Of a DNA stretch of 64,000 nucleotides, positions 61,629-64,000 are shown piece after piece (position 1 is the first letter of the stretch; each line of letters begins with the position of its first letter). The DNA is taken from assembly GCA_044238935.1 (NCBI GenBank), contig JBIICI010000001.1:68441-132440 (forward strand), written 5' to 3'. Source of the DNA: Gemmobacter sp. Its GTDB lineage: Bacteria > Pseudomonadota > Alphaproteobacteria > Micavibrionales > Micavibrionaceae. The position numbers and the translations under genes are program-made. Below the pieces are notes generated by a model that worked only from the letters and a program-made list of their open reading frames with translations, was not told the origin of the DNA and did not search any database.

Positions 61629-62441
61629 ATGTCAGATTTATTGGTGTATGTTATTGCGGATTATGGTCATTTGCATGATCTGGCTTTTGCGGAAGTCACG
61701 CAAAAATTATACGGAGTTTTGGGGGGGCTGCGGGCGCATGTGAAGGCCTATGCTGTGCCTGCTTTTGATACACAGGCAACGGGTTTTGCTTTGGCGCAAA
61801 CCGCCATAAATAGTCAATTAGGCAAATCACAAAAGTTTTTTGTCAATACAGCGCCCCGTAAGGATGACTTAACCCCTCGCGTTTCCAATTCAGGAGAAGG
61901 CTTGGTTTACGCAAAATTATTCAACGATGTTGAGATTGTCGCGGTTAATAGCGGTTATTCCCTGTCTTTTATCAAAGAGGCCGCCACGGAGATTCGTCAA
62001 ATTAATTGCAATACAGATGGCTCACAATTCCGATCCCGCGATATTTTCCCCATTTCATTCGGGAAGATTTTGCATGGTGATTATTCAGAATTGGGCGAAG
62101 ATGTTCGCGCACATATTCCCGATGTTCCAGAAAATATTGTGTGCTATACAGATGGATATGGGAATATGAAATGTTCGATTGATCCCAAAACATTAGAACC
62201 CTTAAATGGTCAAGATGTGATTATTGAAATCAACGGACGTCAGCAATTGGTGCGTGTGGGACAAGGGATCTTTGGTGTTGCAGATGGTCAATTCTGTTTA
62301 TCCGTAGGATCATCAGGCTGGACATTGCCCAACGGGACAAAACATCAATTTTGTGAGATTGTAAAACGCGGGGGCAATGCAGCCGATGTTTTCAGTACAC
62401 CCCATGGCGGTCGTCCAATTACGATTAAAAAATTGGCGTAA
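61629..62441 (+). CDS. SAM hydroxide adenosyltransferase (DUF62/SAM_HAT)-like protein, divergent
   Basis: 270 aa. ..FRSRDIFPISFGKILHG.. resembles the family FHGRDIFAPVAA block. The C-terminal barrel pattern ..CYTDGYGNMKCSI..VIIEINGR..GVADGQFCLSVGSSGW..EIVKRGGNAADVF.. fits SAM_HAT_C. The DPGVG-type motif is replaced by VNTAPRKDD. Confidence 0.5.
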   Translation: MSDLLVYVIADYGHLHDLAFAEVTQKLYGVLGGLRAHVKAYAVPAFDTQATGFALAQTAINSQLGKSQKFFVNTAPRKDDLTPRVSNSGEGLVYAKLFNDVEIVAVNSGYSLSFIKEAATEIRQINCNTDGSQFRSRDIFPISFGKILHGDYSELGEDVRAHIPDVPENIVCYTDGYGNMKCSIDPKTLEPLNGQDVIIEINGRQQLVRVGQGIFGVADGQFCLSVGSSGWTLPNGTKHQFCEIVKRGGNAADVFSTPHGGRPITIKKLA

Positions 62442-62453
62442 GGCCTGTTATCC

Positions 62454-63542
62454 TTACATAGCATCTTTACGGATACGACCATAAAGCTGTTTTACATCAA
62501 TACTGGGAACGCGATCAAAAACAATATCGTTCCCAGTACACCAATCCTTAAGCGGTGATAGGATGGGATGCAACAAACACCCATTCAGATTTTGCGCCAG
62601 TCTGTTTAAATGTTCCAGATAATGGGGCTGTTCATCAATAACGGCATGTTGAATATATTCCCCCAATAATCGGCAAAAATATTGTGCCTTCAGCACTTCA
62701 TACCACATAAAAAATGAATCTTTTTGTTCAGGCGTAAAATCGCTGCAATAGAGCGTCAGCATTTTATCCTGTATATCCCGCGGCAGGGGCAGCTCGGGAT
62801 GATTGAGTAATGTCACCATATCATACGCCAAGGGGCCAATCATTGCGCCTTGGAAATCCAAAATGCCTGCGCGTTTTAAACCTTTATATCGTTTCAGATA
62901 CATTAAGTTGCCAAAATGAAAATCCCCGTGAATCATACCGATCATTGGCTCAGGCATTGTTTTTTCAATATCACGCCATAATGCATTAAATTCTTCGATC
63001 ATCATATTATCATTCAGACGTCGTCGGATCATGGGGGCATACCAATCAACCAAACGCTGTATGGATTGGCGCAGATGGCTTTTGTGGTACAGTTTTAATT
63101 GTATATGTTCCAGATCAATATTGGATTTCTGACAGATCAGCACATTCAACCCCAGTTCACACAGCTCCATCACATCAATATTATCCTCAAAAGCGGAGAT
63201 AAAATTTATGTTGCCTAAATCCTCTAATAATAAATATCCATTATTTTCATGCATACCTAAAATATCAGGGGTTTTCAGACCGGCCGCATTTAACACGCTA
63301 TTCAGTTTTATAAAATCAGCAATACGATGCGTTTCAATGGATAGGCTGGAATGATCAGGGATAGATTCCATTAAGATCACGGTTTTTAATCTTTTTTGGA
63401 AACGATAATATCGGCGGGTTGGGCAATGATTTTGCAATCGTTCAAACCATGCCGTGGATAAACCATGTTGTGCTAAAAACGCCATGCGTCGTGTTTCGCT
63501 GGCGTTAAAATATTGCTGTGTTTGAAAAAATCGATTTTGCAC
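62454..63542 (-). CDS. Aminoglycoside-phosphotransferase-fold kinase (AmgK/anomeric sugar kinase-like)
   Basis: 362 aa with a GTG start. Catalytic loop IHGDFHFGNLM and metal-binding ..GILDFQGAMIGPLAYD.. Confidence 0.55.
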   Translation of the reverse strand: MQNRFFQTQQYFNASETRRMAFLAQHGLSTAWFERLQNHCPTRRYYRFQKRLKTVILMESIPDHSSLSIETHRIADFIKLNSVLNAAGLKTPDILGMHENNGYLLLEDLGNINFISAFEDNIDVMELCELGLNVLICQKSNIDLEHIQLKLYHKSHLRQSIQRLVDWYAPMIRRRLNDNMMIEEFNALWRDIEKTMPEPMIGMIHGDFHFGNLMYLKRYKGLKRAGILDFQGAMIGPLAYDMVTLLNHPELPLPRDIQDKMLTLYCSDFTPEQKDSFFMWYEVLKAQYFCRLLGEYIQHAVIDEQPHYLEHLNRLAQNLNGCLLHPILSPLKDWCTGNDIVFDRVPSIDVKQLYGRIRKDAM

Positions 63543-63596
63543 AATAGACCATGATAGAAATTAAGTTTTCCAAGGTCGTGATTGAGCAGAAAAATT

Positions 63597-64000
63597 TTAG
63601 GTGGGGCGCTTTTTTACAATGGCTTCAATGGCTTTGATATGTGACGCAGATACAGGCTTTTTGGGCAGACGCGCAAATTCATTTTCACGTCCAAATTCTG
63701 CATTAGCATGTGTGCCAACTGGTGTGTCCCCTAATATCCTAACCAATTCTTGTGCTAAATCACTTTCTTGTGAAACAATACTACCAGAGTTTGTATCTTT
63801 GAGTCCAGTACTTTTTCCATCTTCAGTTGTGTCCTCATGAAGGCATCTATTGATTGCATGTGATAAAATGCCATCAATATGGGGTTTTGTCAGTTCAATT
63901 AAAAAACGGGGATCTTCAACAATCAGCGTGGCTAAGAGTTTTTTGACTTGAGTCGGGTTTTGATCAACCTTATTCAAGGCTTCTGTAATTCGTTGAGACA
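63597..64000 (-). CDS. Hypothetical protein (reading frame stays open to the right edge; N-terminus probably outside the window)
   Basis: The track start at 63977 is a TTG. I read upstream in frame (..SQRITEA-LNKVDQ..) and found no stop before position 64000. No motif recognised. Confidence 0.3.
   Translation of the reverse strand, partial: SQRITEALNKVDQNPTQVKKLLATLIVEDPRFLIELTKPHIDGILSHAINRCLHEDTTEDGKSTGLKDTNSGSIVSQESDLAQELVRILGDTPVGTHANAEFGRENEFARLPKKPVSASHIKAIEAIVKKRPT

Overview
This is a dense, moderately AT-rich stretch of alphaproteobacterial core chromosome. I count about 57 supported CDSs and one tRNA, and saw no rRNA, CRISPR array, IS element, integrase or prophage. Lineage markers are GcrA, the ParA-ParB-RsmG-MnmG block with parS sites, a hemE-linked DnaA-box cluster, an archaeal-type ValRS as in Rickettsiales, and scattered flagellar genes. 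Together these suggest a Rickettsiales/Holosporales-like or related, possibly host-associated, lineage; that placement is inference only. Housekeeping content includes prmA, pheS, trxA, rpe, the atpHAGDC operon, der, hemH/hemE, mntH, sucC/sucD, gmd/fcl and valS. Flagellar genes are flgF, flgG, fliL, fliM, a MotE-like gene and an isolated fliI. The most unusual feature lies at about 5.0-13.9 kb, with a likely accessory gene at 15.0-16.7 kb. It is an operon of a stand-alone receiver, a lipoprotein type-IVb-pilus (PilN/TcpC-like) secretin and two tandem ~1000-aa DotA/TraY-like polytopic membrane proteins. A short prepilin peptidase is transcribed divergently, and a Q/P-rich protein with TcpQ/PilL-like modules sits nearby. 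No ATPase, pilin, platform or other Dot/Icm gene is present, and the flanks are core genes. Other points of interest: a probable oriC (Cori-like) just upstream of hemE; two parS sites inside rsmG; an AlbA_2/HATPase_c_4 gene wedged between sucC and sucD and followed by iteron-like repeats; an AT-rich KAP NTPase abutting the valS stop at a 14-bp tandem duplication; and an AlgG/AlgL-like epimerase-lyase pair beside GDP-fucose genes with no alginate synthase. All family assignments come from motif recognition by eye; no database search was run.
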